Source of the DNA: Myxococcota bacterium
GTDB taxonomy: Bacteria; Myxococcota_A; Polyangia; Nannocystales; Nannocystaceae
Assembly: GCA_039028615.1 (NCBI GenBank)
Contig: JBCCHT010000002.1
Location: forward strand, 256,001 to 320,000
DNA: 64,000 nt
Reading direction: 5' to 3'
Both the position numbers and the translations under genes were made by a program. Below the pieces are notes generated by a model. The model saw nothing but the letters and a program-made list of their open reading frames with translations. It searched no databases and was not told where the DNA came from. Below are positions 9,105-18,218 of the stretch, one piece after another. Numbering within the stretch: position 1 is the first letter of the stretch; every line of letters begins with the position of its first letter.

Positions 9105-10250
9105 GTGCCGAGCCGGACGAGCCCCTTCTACGACGAAGACCACGATGCCTTGCGCGACACCGTTCGCCGCTTCGTAGAGCGAGAAGTCACCCCTCACGTC
9201 GACGCCTGGGAGCGCGCCAAGGAGTTCCCTCGCGAACTCTACCGCAAGGCGGCCGACGTGGGCCTGCTGGGCCTGGGCTTCCCGGAGGAGTACGGAGGCA
9301 TGCCCGCCGATCAGTTCGTGCGGGTGCTGGTGACCGAGGAGCTGTGCCGCTGCGGCGCGGGCGGGGTGGTCGCGGGCATGATGAGCCACGGCATCGGCCT
9401 GCCCCCCGTGGCCGCGCTGGGCTCCGACGAGCTCAAGGCCGCGGTCATTCCCCCCGTGCTCGCGGGCGAGAAGATCTCCGCGCTCGCCATCACCGAGCCC
9501 GGCGGTGGCTCGGACGTCGCCAATCTCCGCACCACCGCCCGCCGCGATGGCGACCACTGGGTGGTCAACGGCAGCAAGACCTTCATCACCTCCGGCATGC
9601 GAGCGGACTTCATCACCACCGCCGTGCGCACGGGCGACGCGGGCATGGGCGGTATCTCGCTACTGGTGATCCCCGGCGACGCGCCCGGCCTCGACCGCAC
9701 CCCCATCGACAAGATGGGCTGGTGGTGCTCGGACACCGCCACCCTGTACTTCGACGACTGCCGGGTGCCCATCGGCAACCTGGTCGGCGTCGAGAACCAG
9801 GGCTTTGCCGGCATCATGTCCAACTTCAACGGCGAGCGCCTGGCCATCGCGGCCATGGCCTACGGGTTCTCGGTGGTCTGCTACGACGAGGCGGTCAAGT
9901 ACGCCCGCCAGCGCGAGACCTTCGGCCGCCCGCTCGTCAAGCGCCAGGTCATCCGCCACAAGCTCGTCGACATGGCCCAGCGCATCGGCGCCACCAAGGC
10001 CTATCTCGATGGCATCACCTGGCGCGTCGACCAGGGGCAGTGGCCCATCGCCGAGGTCTGCATGCTCAAGAACCAAGCCACGCAGTGCATGGAGTTTTGT
10101 GCCAAGGAAGCGGTGCAGATCCTCGGGGGCGCGGGCTACATCAGCGGGGCCATCGTGGAACGGATCTACCGCGAGACCAAAGTGCTGGCGATCGGCGGCG
10201 GAGCCGAAGAGATCATGAAGGACCTCGCGTCGCGCCAGCTGGGTCTGTAG
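9105..10250 (+). CDS. Acyl-CoA dehydrogenase
   Basis: ALAITEPGGGSDV, NGSKTFITSG, KMGW, R..FG, ERIYR...IGGGAEEIMK motifs. Confidence 0.95.
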   Translation: MPSRTSPFYDEDHDALRDTVRRFVEREVTPHVDAWERAKEFPRELYRKAADVGLLGLGFPEEYGGMPADQFVRVLVTEELCRCGAGGVVAGMMSHGIGLPPVAALGSDELKAAVIPPVLAGEKISALAITEPGGGSDVANLRTTARRDGDHWVVNGSKTFITSGMRADFITTAVRTGDAGMGGISLLVIPGDAPGLDRTPIDKMGWWCSDTATLYFDDCRVPIGNLVGVENQGFAGIMSNFNGERLAIAAMAYGFSVVCYDEAVKYARQRETFGRPLVKRQVIRHKLVDMAQRIGATKAYLDGITWRVDQGQWPIAEVCMLKNQATQCMEFCAKEAVQILGGAGYISGAIVERIYRETKVLAIGGGAEEIMKDLASRQLGL

Positions 10251-10299
10251 CCCCGGGTACGCGCGCGAGCGCCTGACCGAGTCGCGCGGGGCTCGGCCT

Positions 10300-12003
10300 T
10301 CAGCTTCCGGTCGCCTGCGCCCGCAGGGCTTCGTGGCGCGCACGAAACGGGCTGCCCTCGACCCACTGCGGGCGTCGCTGGTCGTTGGCGAGGGCATGAC
10401 CGGTGCGGAAGTAGATGGTCACGTCCTGCACGATGCCCGCCATGTCCCAGCTGTCGTCGTACTCGTCGGTCACCTGGTGATAGCGGCCCTGGACGAACTG
10501 CACGAAGTCCTCGACGGTCACCGTCTCGACGTCGTTGGGGTCGTGCGAGATGCCCCCCACCGCGAAGATGGCCGGGACCCCGCGCAGCGCAAAGGGATAG
10601 TGGTCGGATCGAAAGAACGCCCCCATCTCGGGCGCCGGGTCGGGATAGAGCTTGCGCCCCACCGTCTGCGCCGCCGCGGCCATGTAGTCCTCGAGCTCCG
10701 AGCTGCCCAGGGCGACCACCGTCATGCCTTTGGTCGCGCCGAAGGGAAACAGCGCATCCATGTTGATCACCCCCACCGCATCGGCCAACGGCAACACGGG
10801 GTGCTCGGCGTACCAGGTCGCGCCCAGCAGGCCCTGCTCTTCGGCGGTGGTCGCCACCAGCACCACCGAGCGCTCGGGCGCCTGCGGCAGCGCGGCATAA
10901 GCCTGCGCCAGCTCGAGCAACGCGGCCGTCCCCGTGGCGTTGTCGACCGCCCCGTTGTAGATGGTGTCGCCCTCCCCCGTGCCGCGACCCACGTGATCCC
11001 AGTGCGCGGTATAGACGACGTGCTCGTCGGGCCGAGTTCGACCGGGCAGCACCGCGACCACGTTGTGCGAGACGACCGGATTGACCTCGCGCTCGAGCAC
11101 CACCGACAGCCGCAGCGGCAGCTCGGTGGCCACAAAGTCATCGCGAGTGACGGACGATTGCAGCCGCTGCAGCGTGGCTCGGCCCGTGTCGTCGAGGCCC
11201 TGCTCCAGCGTGAGCCGCTGCACCAGGCCCACGATCGGCACCTTCGCCGGGCCCGAGGACTCGGCCAGCTGCTGCTTGGGTCGACGCGCGCCCTGACCGA
11301 ACACCTCCCATGCGACCGGCGAGTTTTTGCTGTCGTGCAGGATGAGCATCGCCGCCGCCCCGTGCTCGGCCGCCTGCTCGGCCTTGTGCCCCGTGGTGCC
11401 GTACAGGGTGAGCGCCCGCCCGTCGAAGAACTCGGGGTCGTCTCGCGAGGGGCCCGGATCGCCGCGCACGACCACGACGACCTTGCCGCGCACGTCCACC
11501 CCCGCGTAGTCGTCCCAGCCGTACTCGGGCGCGGTGATGCCATGGCCCACGAACACCACGGCGGCCTCCTTCAGCTCGACGCGGGGGTCGACCGTGGCGC
11601 TGCCGACGATGAGGTCGTCGGGGACCGCGAGTGATATCGGCTCGCCCGCGCCTCGGATGGAGGCCCGACTGGTGTCTCGCAGCGTCACCGATCGCAGCGG
11701 CACGGGCTGTAGGTAGCTACCCTCGAGCCCCGGCTGAAACCCCGCCTGCGCCAGGTGGGCGGTGAGATACGCGACCGTCTTCGTCTCGCCCGCACTGCCG
11801 GGAAAGCGGCCCTCGAAGTCGTCGGAGGCCAGGACCTGGATGTGCTCGCGCAGGTCCTCCGCCTGGATGCTGGCCACCGCTCGCTCTACACCCTGCACCT
11901 CCGACGCCGGGCTCTCGCCGTGCCCGGCGGGATGGCAACCGACGACGACGCCGAGACTCAGGGTGAACGAGCCGAGAACACTACGGGTGAGGTCATTCAT
12001 CAT
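10300..12003 (-). CDS. M28 family Zn-aminopeptidase lipoprotein with PA domain
   Basis: Lipobox VVGC; EGRFPGS, TAHWDHVG, NGAVDNATG, AEEQGLLG, INMD, RSDHYPF and YHQVTD motifs. Start overlaps the upstream stop (ATGA). Confidence 0.92.
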   Translation of the reverse strand: MMNDLTRSVLGSFTLSLGVVVGCHPAGHGESPASEVQGVERAVASIQAEDLREHIQVLASDDFEGRFPGSAGETKTVAYLTAHLAQAGFQPGLEGSYLQPVPLRSVTLRDTSRASIRGAGEPISLAVPDDLIVGSATVDPRVELKEAAVVFVGHGITAPEYGWDDYAGVDVRGKVVVVVRGDPGPSRDDPEFFDGRALTLYGTTGHKAEQAAEHGAAAMLILHDSKNSPVAWEVFGQGARRPKQQLAESSGPAKVPIVGLVQRLTLEQGLDDTGRATLQRLQSSVTRDDFVATELPLRLSVVLEREVNPVVSHNVVAVLPGRTRPDEHVVYTAHWDHVGRGTGEGDTIYNGAVDNATGTAALLELAQAYAALPQAPERSVVLVATTAEEQGLLGATWYAEHPVLPLADAVGVINMDALFPFGATKGMTVVALGSSELEDYMAAAAQTVGRKLYPDPAPEMGAFFRSDHYPFALRGVPAIFAVGGISHDPNDVETVTVEDFVQFVQGRYHQVTDEYDDSWDMAGIVQDVTIYFRTGHALANDQRRPQWVEGSPFRARHEALRAQATGS

Positions 12004-12584
12004 CGTTGCTCCGTGGAGGGGGCGAGAACCCAAGACAAGGCACACAGCACGCCGCGGCCGCGGGCCGGCCTCGGCTTGCGCAGGATGGCCAAGATCGCCT
12101 GCAGGTGACGGTTGATCTGCCGCAGGTCCTCGCGGCTGAGCCGAGCTTCGAGACGCAGCGACCACAGGTTGCGCAGCGGGCCACGCACCGCGACCTCCGG
12201 GTGCTCGAAGCCCTCGGAAAAGTCGCGCTCCGCCTGCCGCAGCAGCGAGCGCGTGGCTTTGCGCAGAGCCCCCACGTTGTCCGGGTCATCGGGCTCGTAG
12301 GCAATGTGCCAGCGCCGATGGGGTACGTCGTACAGCGCCTCGTCGCGACGCGAGGTCCCGCGCGAGCCCGCCTCGACCAGCAGCCCGACCGCGAGTAGCC
12401 GCCGTACGTGATAGTAGAGCGCGTCCGCGGGCCTCCCCAGCGACTGCGCCAGATCGGCCACCGACGAGGGCCCCAGTGCTTCCACTCGATCGAGGATGGC
12501 CTGGCGCACCGCCGACGTCAGCGCCTCGATCTGCTCGGGCTCCCGGATCCAACGAACCTTGGTCTTTGCCATGGGCGTCGTCAT
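12000..12584 (-). CDS. ArsR-like winged helix-turn-helix transcriptional regulator
   Basis: ALTSAVRQAIL...SVADLAQSLGRPADALYYHVRRL..GLL wHTH pattern with a C-terminal extension. Confidence 0.85.
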   Translation of the reverse strand: MTTPMAKTKVRWIREPEQIEALTSAVRQAILDRVEALGPSSVADLAQSLGRPADALYYHVRRLLAVGLLVEAGSRGTSRRDEALYDVPHRRWHIAYEPDDPDNVGALRKATRSLLRQAERDFSEGFEHPEVAVRGPLRNLWSLRLEARLSREDLRQINRHLQAILAILRKPRPARGRGVLCALSWVLAPSTEQR

Positions 12585-12585
12585 T

Positions 12586-12618
12586 AATTGAAAAGTTCTA
12601 CGTAAATTTCAATTGAAA
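12586..12618. promoter_or_regulatory. AT-rich palindromic operator candidate upstream of the wHTH regulator
   Basis: AATTGAAA (12586-12593) is inverted to TTTCAATT (12607-12614), and TTTCAATTGAAA (12607-12618) is a perfect palindrome, in an otherwise very GC-rich context. Confidence 0.6.
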
Positions 12619-12627
12619 CCTTCACGA

Positions 12628-12658
12628 AAGGCCCCTGGTCCAAGGACCGCGGGGCCTT
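12628..12658 (-). terminator. Probable terminator hairpin after the Cys-rich lipoprotein genes
   Basis: AAGGCCCC-TGGTCC-AA-GGACC-GC-GGGGCCTT stem-loop just downstream of the stop at 12686; only a short U tract. Confidence 0.45.
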
Positions 12659-12685
12659 CTCGCTCCACTCGGCGGTCGCTCGCCC

Positions 12686-13618
12686 TCAGGCGTCTGCGCA
12701 GACGCCCGGCGGAGCGGACACGCAGGCCTCGTCGGGCGGCTCCTCGTAGTACGGGGTGCACGAGGTCCCGGGCAGAAGCGCCGGGCACGGGTCGTCGCCC
12801 ACCAGCGGGCAGTACGGCGTACAGCACCCCGAGCCCTCGCAGCCGGGGATGACATCGGCTCCGACGCATGCCGAGCCTTCGGGGCACACGTTGATGAACT
12901 CGCAGGCGTCGCCGATCATCGTGCCGGGCCGCGTGGCATCGGGGGCACACACGAAGCCCTGCTGTACCGGGTAGCACGCCTCCCCCTCTCCGCAGTCCTG
13001 GGCCAGCGGGTCGCAGCTCGGGATGCACAGCAGCAGGCTCGAGCTACCCGAGATCGAGCACTGATCGCAGGAATTGGGGCACACGGGGTCGTCGATGTCG
13101 CCAATGCAAAACTCGATGCAGGCGCCCATGTTCGTCTTTTCATCGACGTTCCAGCACATCGAGGTGCCGTCACAGTCGTCGATGCCGCTGAGCGCGTTGC
13201 CTTCGACCGAGCACGGCTGCCCCGGGGCGTTGGGGTCCTCGACGATGGGCACACACTTGGTCGCGTTCCACGTCGATCCGCCGTCGTTGGCGAAGGGCAT
13301 GCACTTGTAGCCCCGCGGGCAATCCTGGTCGATGATCGAGCAGAACTCGGGCAGGTCGGGCACGCCTCCGTCGTCCGTGGTGGGTCCGCTGTCCAGCACC
13401 CCGGTGTCTTGGGGTTCCTCGGTGGCGGTGCCGGGCAGCGTGTCGGTGGTACCGGGCGGGGTCGGAGTGCCGGTCGCGGCCTCGGTCCCGGATCCCGCGG
13501 TCTCGGCCTGGCTCCCGGCGTCGTCATCGGCCCCGACCTGAGGGCCACACGCCATCGTCAATCCCACGGCCATGGCGGCCGCCCATCTACCGAAGCCATG
13601 ATTCATGGATCGATCCAT
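12686..13618 (-). CDS. Cys-rich myxobacterial lipoprotein (CxxxxQDCPxGxKCMP-type domain)
   Basis: Lipobox TMAC, Thr/Gly/Asp linker, then CSIIDQDCPRGYKCMPFANDGGSTWNATKCVP...GIDDCDGTSMC. Paralogous to 13637-14500 and 38054-38836. Confidence 0.85.
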   Translation of the reverse strand: MDRSMNHGFGRWAAAMAVGLTMACGPQVGADDDAGSQAETAGSGTEAATGTPTPPGTTDTLPGTATEEPQDTGVLDSGPTTDDGGVPDLPEFCSIIDQDCPRGYKCMPFANDGGSTWNATKCVPIVEDPNAPGQPCSVEGNALSGIDDCDGTSMCWNVDEKTNMGACIEFCIGDIDDPVCPNSCDQCSISGSSSLLLCIPSCDPLAQDCGEGEACYPVQQGFVCAPDATRPGTMIGDACEFINVCPEGSACVGADVIPGCEGSGCCTPYCPLVGDDPCPALLPGTSCTPYYEEPPDEACVSAPPGVCADA

Positions 13619-13636
13619 AGCACCGATCGGCGTGCA

Positions 13637-14500
13637 TCAGGGCAACAGACACAGCCCCACGGGTGCGGGTGTGCATCCCTGGGCCTCCTCCCACCCCACG
13701 GATGTGCAAATCGTGCCAGTGAGCAACGTCGGACATGGGTCCGGCCCTTCGAGCGGGCAATAGGGCATGCAACAGCCTGACGTAGGGCCATCGCAATCGG
13801 GCACGCCCTCACCTCCCCAACACACCGAACCGGGGATACAGGCGTTGATGAACCGGCACGGGTCACCGAACGCGCCATCCGGGCTCGGGGCGAAGACCGA
13901 GCATGCGAAGACGTTCCCGGATCGGCTCGGGAGGCACGCCTCGCCCGCGAAACAGTCGGGGGCGAGAGGGTCACAGGCCTGGAGACAGACGGATACGACG
14001 CTCTCGCCGAAGACCGGACAGTAGTCGCAACGATTGGCACAAAAAGGGTTCGTGTCGTCGCCGATGCAAAACTCGATGCAGTAGCCCGTGCCCGTCTCGC
14101 TGGCGCCTCGACACATCGACGTGGCGTCGCAGTCGTCGGTCCAATCCGAGGCGTCTCCGAACACCGAGCACGGCTCGTCCGGCCCCTGAGGTTCGTCGAC
14201 GACGGGCACACAATGCCGGTCGTTCCACGAGCTGCTGTCATTGGCGTAGGGCAGACACTTTTCACCGGGCGGGCAATCCTGCTCGACCATCGAGCAGGGC
14301 CCGGAAGGGCCGGTAGTTCCCGAGCCCTCGTCCGCCCCTCCCGTGGTTCCGGTCGACGCACCACGGGTGGTGGTGGTCTCGGGCTGTTGCCCCGTGGCCG
14401 TCAGCGGGGTGACGACCCCCGTGGTGGACGACGACGCACCGGGTTCGCCATTCGTGCCGGTCGGCGCCCCCGGGCCGCAGCCGAAGACGAGCACCGCCAT
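13637..14500 (-). CDS. Cys-rich myxobacterial lipoprotein, tandem paralogue of 12686-13618
   Basis: Lipobox VFGC, Thr-rich linker, CSMVEQDCPPGEKCLPYANDSSSWNDRHCVP. Start is ATG 14500 or GTG 14512. Confidence 0.82.
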   Translation of the reverse strand: MAVLVFGCGPGAPTGTNGEPGASSSTTGVVTPLTATGQQPETTTTRGASTGTTGGADEGSGTTGPSGPCSMVEQDCPPGEKCLPYANDSSSWNDRHCVPVVDEPQGPDEPCSVFGDASDWTDDCDATSMCRGASETGTGYCIEFCIGDDTNPFCANRCDYCPVFGESVVSVCLQACDPLAPDCFAGEACLPSRSGNVFACSVFAPSPDGAFGDPCRFINACIPGSVCWGGEGVPDCDGPTSGCCMPYCPLEGPDPCPTLLTGTICTSVGWEEAQGCTPAPVGLCLLP

Positions 14501-14528
14501 CGCGATGAGCACCCGCCCCAGGTCGGCC

Positions 14529-16553
14529 TCACTTGCCTTCGCAATCAACGACGTCCTCGAACACACACGCCCCACCGCAGAAGCTCTCGGCCCGACCGTT
14601 GCGCAGATACGCATCCATCTGCTCCCGCGCGGCGCCGACCCAGCGCAGCCGCTCGTGGGGGTCTTCGCACAGGCGCTGTGGCTCGTTGGTGGTGGGATCG
14701 GGCGGGACGCCGAAGTCGTACTCGACGTACGCCGAGCCCTCGATCGGCCCCGCGCTCGAGTCGAGCCCCCAGACCTCACCGAGCCCGGTATCGAGCTGGG
14801 TGGTCCCGATCGCGCGCGCCATCGTCTGCGCCCCCAGAATCGACACCTGGTGGTCGCCCCGTGCCGCCCGCAGCAACACCTGGTGCGCGGGGCTGCCCGG
14901 CAGCGTGTCCTCGCGGATGTGTCGCGAGTAGCCCGCGGCCTCGGTCCGATCCCACAGCATCTGCATCAGCCCCTGGAGCATCCAGACGTCTCGCTGGTCG
15001 CTGAAGCGCGTCCGCAGGTTCGAGAAGAACCCGTCGAAGTCCTCGGCCCGCGACAGCAGCAGGTTGTAGGGCTGCCCGGTGACCCCCAAGACGCCGCGCT
15101 CGACGTCGGTGGTCAACGCCATATAGGTCGCACCGAAGTTCCCGCCCTGCCCGCTGCCGTGATAGTAGGCGCGGCTCGGGTCGACGAAGCGGCCGTAGTC
15201 CGCGTCCTGGCTGAAGCCGCCGGTCATCATGCGCATGGCCAGCAGCGAGTTGATCATGCCCTGGTGCTGACGATCGGTGAGCGACGAGAAGTCGTCGAAG
15301 CGCCCCTCCTCGGCAATCGCCCCCAGGTAGGGCTGGTCGTCGGTCATCATGCCCAGCATGTCGACGGAAAACAGCACGTAGCCGTAGTCGTTGGCGAAGC
15401 TCAAAAGGTGCGCCGCCTCGACCTGGGTGCGGTTGCCCAAAAGCCCATGGCCGTACTGCAACAGCGCCCCCGGGCTCTGATCGCTGACGCTCTGCGGGAT
15501 GATGATCTCGAAGGGGAACCAGCCCCAGGGCGCCTCGGGATTGGGCAGCGGGTCGCCGTCGGAGTCGAACACCAGGTGGCCTCCCGGGCCGCCCTCGGTG
15601 AGGAACAGCGGCACCTCCATCTGCCCGACGAGCCGCACCGCCACGGTGTCGTTCTCCCAGTCCTGGTCGACCACCGTGATGCGGTACTCCGGGCCCTGGC
15701 TGCCGACCAACGCCATCGCCGTGTCCCGCATGTCGAGCATCCACGCCGTGTTGTTCTCGCGGCTGGCCGTGGTGAAGTCCCACGCGATCTGCAGGTCGTG
15801 GCGGAGCACGTCGCCGGTCTCGAGCAGGTTGAAGATGTTGGTGTACAGCGCCCGTCGCCCTCGCACCGAGGCGTCATTGCTGGGCAGGCCGTCGCGCAGC
15901 GCTTCGAAGGCTTCCGAGGGCATCAAGGACTCGCCCTCGTCATCGACCAGGCGCCGAATCGCGACCACGTAGCGACGACCGTCATCGAGCCGAGTGGCGG
16001 GGCGAATCAACAAGGTCCGATGGTCGTCGGAGCCCGCGGTGGCATCGAGCTCGACCCAGTGCGGCACCCGCTCGCCCGACTCGGCATCCACCAGGATCGT
16101 GGGCGAGTCGAACTCCATCGAACGATCGATGTTGGCGAAGGTCGGGACGTCGCTGTCCCGCAGCGAGCTTTGGGTCAGCCCGGGGAAGTGGGTCATGATG
16201 GCCGAGCTGGCCGAGAACCCGTCCGCGCGATTCCAGGGTCCGGGCGAGGGCTTGAGCCCGAAGTAGTCCTCGGGCATCAGGTCCAGACCGAGCTGGAGCC
16301 GACGCCCGGTGGCCGTCGATTCGTCGACCACCGTGTAGACATTGGAGGGAAAGGGAAAGCCGCAGTAGCTGGGCGCCAGGGGGTCGCACTCGAGCAGCAT
16401 CCACTCGGCGACCGACTCCTCGGTGACCTCGAAGACCGGCTCTTGGCAGGCACCGAGCAGGCCGAGGCCGAGCCCGACCGTGAAGCAACGGGACACCAGG
16501 GTCTTGGGGGCGGATGTGCGGCGGGCGATCATGACGACGACGCGATCCTCCAA
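14529..16553 (-). CDS. Lipoprotein with an N-terminal Ig-like/lipase-N region and an alpha/beta-hydrolase-like domain
   Basis: Lipobox LGAC; FPFPSN, ADGFS, YGHGLLG, YYHGSGQGG elbow region, GDHQV and PHE motifs typical of extracellular lipase-like proteins. Start is uncertain. Confidence 0.75.
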   Translation of the reverse strand: MEDRVVVMIARRTSAPKTLVSRCFTVGLGLGLLGACQEPVFEVTEESVAEWMLLECDPLAPSYCGFPFPSNVYTVVDESTATGRRLQLGLDLMPEDYFGLKPSPGPWNRADGFSASSAIMTHFPGLTQSSLRDSDVPTFANIDRSMEFDSPTILVDAESGERVPHWVELDATAGSDDHRTLLIRPATRLDDGRRYVVAIRRLVDDEGESLMPSEAFEALRDGLPSNDASVRGRRALYTNIFNLLETGDVLRHDLQIAWDFTTASRENNTAWMLDMRDTAMALVGSQGPEYRITVVDQDWENDTVAVRLVGQMEVPLFLTEGGPGGHLVFDSDGDPLPNPEAPWGWFPFEIIIPQSVSDQSPGALLQYGHGLLGNRTQVEAAHLLSFANDYGYVLFSVDMLGMMTDDQPYLGAIAEEGRFDDFSSLTDRQHQGMINSLLAMRMMTGGFSQDADYGRFVDPSRAYYHGSGQGGNFGATYMALTTDVERGVLGVTGQPYNLLLSRAEDFDGFFSNLRTRFSDQRDVWMLQGLMQMLWDRTEAAGYSRHIREDTLPGSPAHQVLLRAARGDHQVSILGAQTMARAIGTTQLDTGLGEVWGLDSSAGPIEGSAYVEYDFGVPPDPTTNEPQRLCEDPHERLRWVGAAREQMDAYLRNGRAESFCGGACVFEDVVDCEGK

Positions 16554-16749
16554 CGGAGGACTGAAGGATATCCCGACGAATCGTCGCCTGCCGCTCAGGC
16601 ATTAAGCGGGCTGACCACAATCACCGCGTAACGGCACCGGACGGTAGTTTCAGGCCCGCTTTTCGCTCCAAAACCAACGTGGCCGCCGACCGAGGGATCG
16701 CCTATGCTGATGTACGATGTTGTGGTTTCGGGACCTTGGAAGGACTCCC

Positions 16750-18084
16750 ATGGCGCGGGGAGTCGCGGGCTTGGCGTTGGCGCTCGGATTCGGCTGCGGG
16801 GGCGATGACGGCGCTCGAGGCAGCGGAGGCGACGGTACGGGCCTCGCATCCCTCGACGGCACTCCGACCGATGGCGACACCCTCGACGGCACGGCCGACG
16901 CCGACCAGAGCGGCGACAAGTTCGACGTCCAGGTCACCGACGCGGGCGTGAGCGGCGATTGCCCGGGCGGCGGCGGAGGCATGGACGACGAGGTCGAGTT
17001 CAGCCTCATCTGGATCGCCAACTCCCCCGAGGGCACCGTCTCCAAGATCGACACCATCACCGGGGTCGAGCTCGCGCGCTACTACACCGGCCCGTCCAAC
17101 GGCGGCGACGATCCCTCGCGCACCTCGGTCAACCTCGCGGGCGATGTCGCGGTCACCAACCGCTCCGGCGGCATCACCAAAATCGCCGCCCGCGATGGCG
17201 ACTGCGTCGACGCCAACGGCAACGGCACCATCGAGACCTCCACCGGCCCCACCGACGTGCTGCCCTTCGGGCAAGACGAGTGCGTGCTGTGGAACCTCGG
17301 CCTGCCCAATGGCGGCAGCAACACCCAGGGCCCCCGCCCCACCGCGTGGGACGCGGGCGCGAGCAACAACCCCTGCGCCGCCGACAGCTTCCGCGTGTGG
17401 GTCGGCTACTACGACATCGCCGTCAACCAGGGTCACTTCTATCGCCTGTCGGGCAGCGACGGCACCATCCTCGACGAGGTCGTCACCCCCAACTGGTCCA
17501 TCGACATGAGCGCCAGCTACGGCCCCTACGGCGGTGCGGTGGACAGCGGCGGTCACCTCTGGACGACCGGCCTGCGCGGGCCCCTGGTGCGCATCGACGG
17601 CACCACCCTCGAGGTTCAGCAGTGGGAGCTGCCGGCCGATACCGCCGCCTACGGCATGACCCTCGACGCCGACGGTCACGCCTGGACCGCGGGTCTCAAC
17701 GGCGAGCTCGCCCACTTCGATCCCGACACCGAGCTGTTCGAGGTCTTCAGCCTCGGCAGCAACTCGCTGCGCGGCCTACAGATCGATCGCGAGGGCACGC
17801 TGTGGGCGGCCGTCAACGGCAACTGCGGCATCGCCCAGTTCGACGTGGCCACCCGCACCATCGTCAATCCGCTCATTCCGCTGCCCGGCTGCATCACCCC
17901 GGTGGGCGTGAGCATCGATGTGGACGGCAACGTCTGGGTCCCGGACCAAGGCGCGAATCTGGCCTTCAAGGTCAACCCGGTCACCTACGACGCGCAGGTC
18001 ACCCCCGGCCTCGTCGCGCCCTACACCTACTCCGACATGACCGGAGCGGGGCTGGGGCTCGTGTTCAACCCGCCCGCGGGTTGA
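16750..18084 (+). CDS. Vgb-lyase-like beta-propeller lipoprotein
   Basis: Lipobox GFGC; IWIANSPEGTVSKIDT, PSRTSV, repeated YGxxxDxxGxxW blades, C-terminal PYTYSDMTG. Possible RBS GGAAGGA before ATG 16750. Confidence 0.8.
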   Translation: MARGVAGLALALGFGCGGDDGARGSGGDGTGLASLDGTPTDGDTLDGTADADQSGDKFDVQVTDAGVSGDCPGGGGGMDDEVEFSLIWIANSPEGTVSKIDTITGVELARYYTGPSNGGDDPSRTSVNLAGDVAVTNRSGGITKIAARDGDCVDANGNGTIETSTGPTDVLPFGQDECVLWNLGLPNGGSNTQGPRPTAWDAGASNNPCAADSFRVWVGYYDIAVNQGHFYRLSGSDGTILDEVVTPNWSIDMSASYGPYGGAVDSGGHLWTTGLRGPLVRIDGTTLEVQQWELPADTAAYGMTLDADGHAWTAGLNGELAHFDPDTELFEVFSLGSNSLRGLQIDREGTLWAAVNGNCGIAQFDVATRTIVNPLIPLPGCITPVGVSIDVDGNVWVPDQGANLAFKVNPVTYDAQVTPGLVAPYTYSDMTGAGLGLVFNPPAG

Positions 18085-18218
18085 CCGGAACAGAACCGAC
18101 CGGAGCGGCCCGCGGGCTCGCGTCCCGATTGGAACGCGGGCCCGTCGAGCGTCAAACCGCCTCGTTTGCATGCGTAAGAATGAAGCCGAGAGCACGAGCG
18201 TGCGTCCCGGTCCACGAT

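Noticed and set aside
16959..18218. N-terminal half of the 939-aa ORF
   Set aside because: Shadow frame over the Vgb-like gene; only the part from about 18219 looks like a protein.
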